A DNA stretch of 64,000 nucleotides from Lophium mytilinum (Eukaryota): contig MU004181.1 of the NCBI GenBank assembly GCA_010093605.1, forward strand, positions 3,286,001 through 3,350,000, in the 5' to 3' direction. How positions within the stretch are numbered: position 1 is the first letter of the stretch; each line of letters starts with the position of its first letter. The notes under the pieces were generated by a model, which did no database searches, had not been told where the DNA came from, and saw only the letters and a program-made list of their open reading frames with translations. Below are positions 63,029 through 64,000 of this stretch, piece by piece. Position numbers and translations under genes: made by a program.

Positions 63029-64000
63029 TCATGAATTTGGACCAGTAGTCGTTGGTTCAACCGAGAGGACAGGCAGACTTGGCTCGGAGGCTCGCCGTTG
63101 ATTCTCTATTTGCTCCGGAGTCGGCTCAGAAAGAGTAGGCAGAGGTGGTGTCGTCGTTTGCCCAGAGGTTGTGGGTTGAGCTTGCGTTCCATTCGTCGCT
63201 GCCTGTGTGTCTGCGGCGCTACTCTCTGCGGAGTTGACTGTTACCGCACTTCCAGCAGCCAGCTCTCGTTCCTTCCTCTCCTCTTCCTCTGCCGCCGCCT
63301 CTACTTCTAACTTGTCCTGAGCTTCCTTCTCAATAGATTCCTTGCAAAGATTGCATAGTAAGATGCCGCAGTAGCCACACTCGTACGCGAAGCTGAAAGG
63401 AGGATACGTGATCTCGGAACGGAACGTGAACTCGGTTGGAAACGCGTTTGTCTTCTGTGGAGCTGATACTGAGAGCGTCGTGGAAGCAGAGTTCGCAGTT
63501 ACAGACGGATGCAAGCTCGTAGACCCAGAGTTGTTTCCGGAAATAGACATAGAACGTTCTGCAGTATAAGAATCACCGTCAGTCATGATGACATCGCCAT
63601 ACTCGTCCACAAAGACTTGCGGAGAAGCAGGAGAGTTACCAGGATCGGAGGCATTGCCAACCATCAGGTTACCCAAAACGCGATCGAGGTGCCCTTGTAG
63701 GCCTGAATTTCGGTGTCCTGTTCCCAGCGGGGTGTGGGTTCGACCGGGCGTGGGCCCCCGACGCGATGCGCGGTCTCTGCCTTGAGCCCTAGATTCCTCA
63801 GGGCGGTGGTAGCCTCCAACCATGCGTACCCTCCCAGCGTTTCCCATTTTCTTTGGCAGGGCGATTTCGGGGTAGACGGTAGCCCAGCAACGGCAACACT
63901 GCATACCCGACACTTGATACTCTTCCTTCAGACGCTGCTCAAAATCGACCTTTGCAGTCTCGAGACGATGCTCACATTGCCAGGCCCGATCAGGCGGCTC
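63029..64000 (-). CDS. Partial (5'-truncated by window) Cys-motif protein, possibly an IBR/RING-type C-terminal region
   Basis: Frame open to the window edge; WQCEH, CCRCW and YECGYCGILLCNLCK motifs; low-complexity tail. Family assignment is a guess. Confidence 0.55.
   Translation of the reverse strand, partial: EPPDRAWQCEHRLETAKVDFEQRLKEEYQVSGMQCCRCWATVYPEIALPKKMGNAGRVRMVGGYHRPEESRAQGRDRASRRGPTPGRTHTPLGTGHRNSGLQGHLDRVLGNLMVGNASDPGNSPASPQVFVDEYGDVIMTDGDSYTAERSMSISGNNSGSTSLHPSVTANSASTTLSVSAPQKTNAFPTEFTFRSEITYPPFSFAYECGYCGILLCNLCKESIEKEAQDKLEVEAAAEEEERKERELAAGSAVTVNSAESSAADTQAATNGTQAQPTTSGQTTTPPLPTLSEPTPEQIENQRRASEPSLPVLSVEPTTTGPNS

Overview
Eukaryotic, intron-containing filamentous ascomycete DNA (Pezizomycotina, probably a Dothideomycete; this is inferred from GT..CTRAC..YAG introns, gene content and a RIP-mutated transposon). 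About 22 protein genes: Y14/RBM8A, a GH76, NmrA-like, Zn-binding enoyl reductase, ALKBH6-like, F-box/LRR with CaaX, DUF1772, a CBM52 plus six-hairpin glycosidase, m-AAA protease, CLU1, a P-loop mitochondrial-type protein, DOMON/cyt-b561, EB1, LysM, P450, amino-acid permease, PTH11-like, a Zn-finger protein, SEC39 and a few hypotheticals. There is also one intron-containing tRNA-Leu(CAG). The most unusual non-genic structures are: (1) a 547-nt intron splitting the GH76 catalytic DD motif that can fold back into a rod over almost its whole length; (2) a degenerate ~107-bp-period array at 56.1-57.1 kb whose core motif recurs as solo copies elsewhere, next to a second 77-bp dimeric array; (3) a complete RIP-inactivated Tc1-like (DD37E) element flanked by a 5-bp direct repeat instead of TA; (4) a near-perfect fold-back upstream of Y14; (5) repeated sharp C-rich to G-rich skew inversions. 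All alignments were done by hand and no database searches were run.
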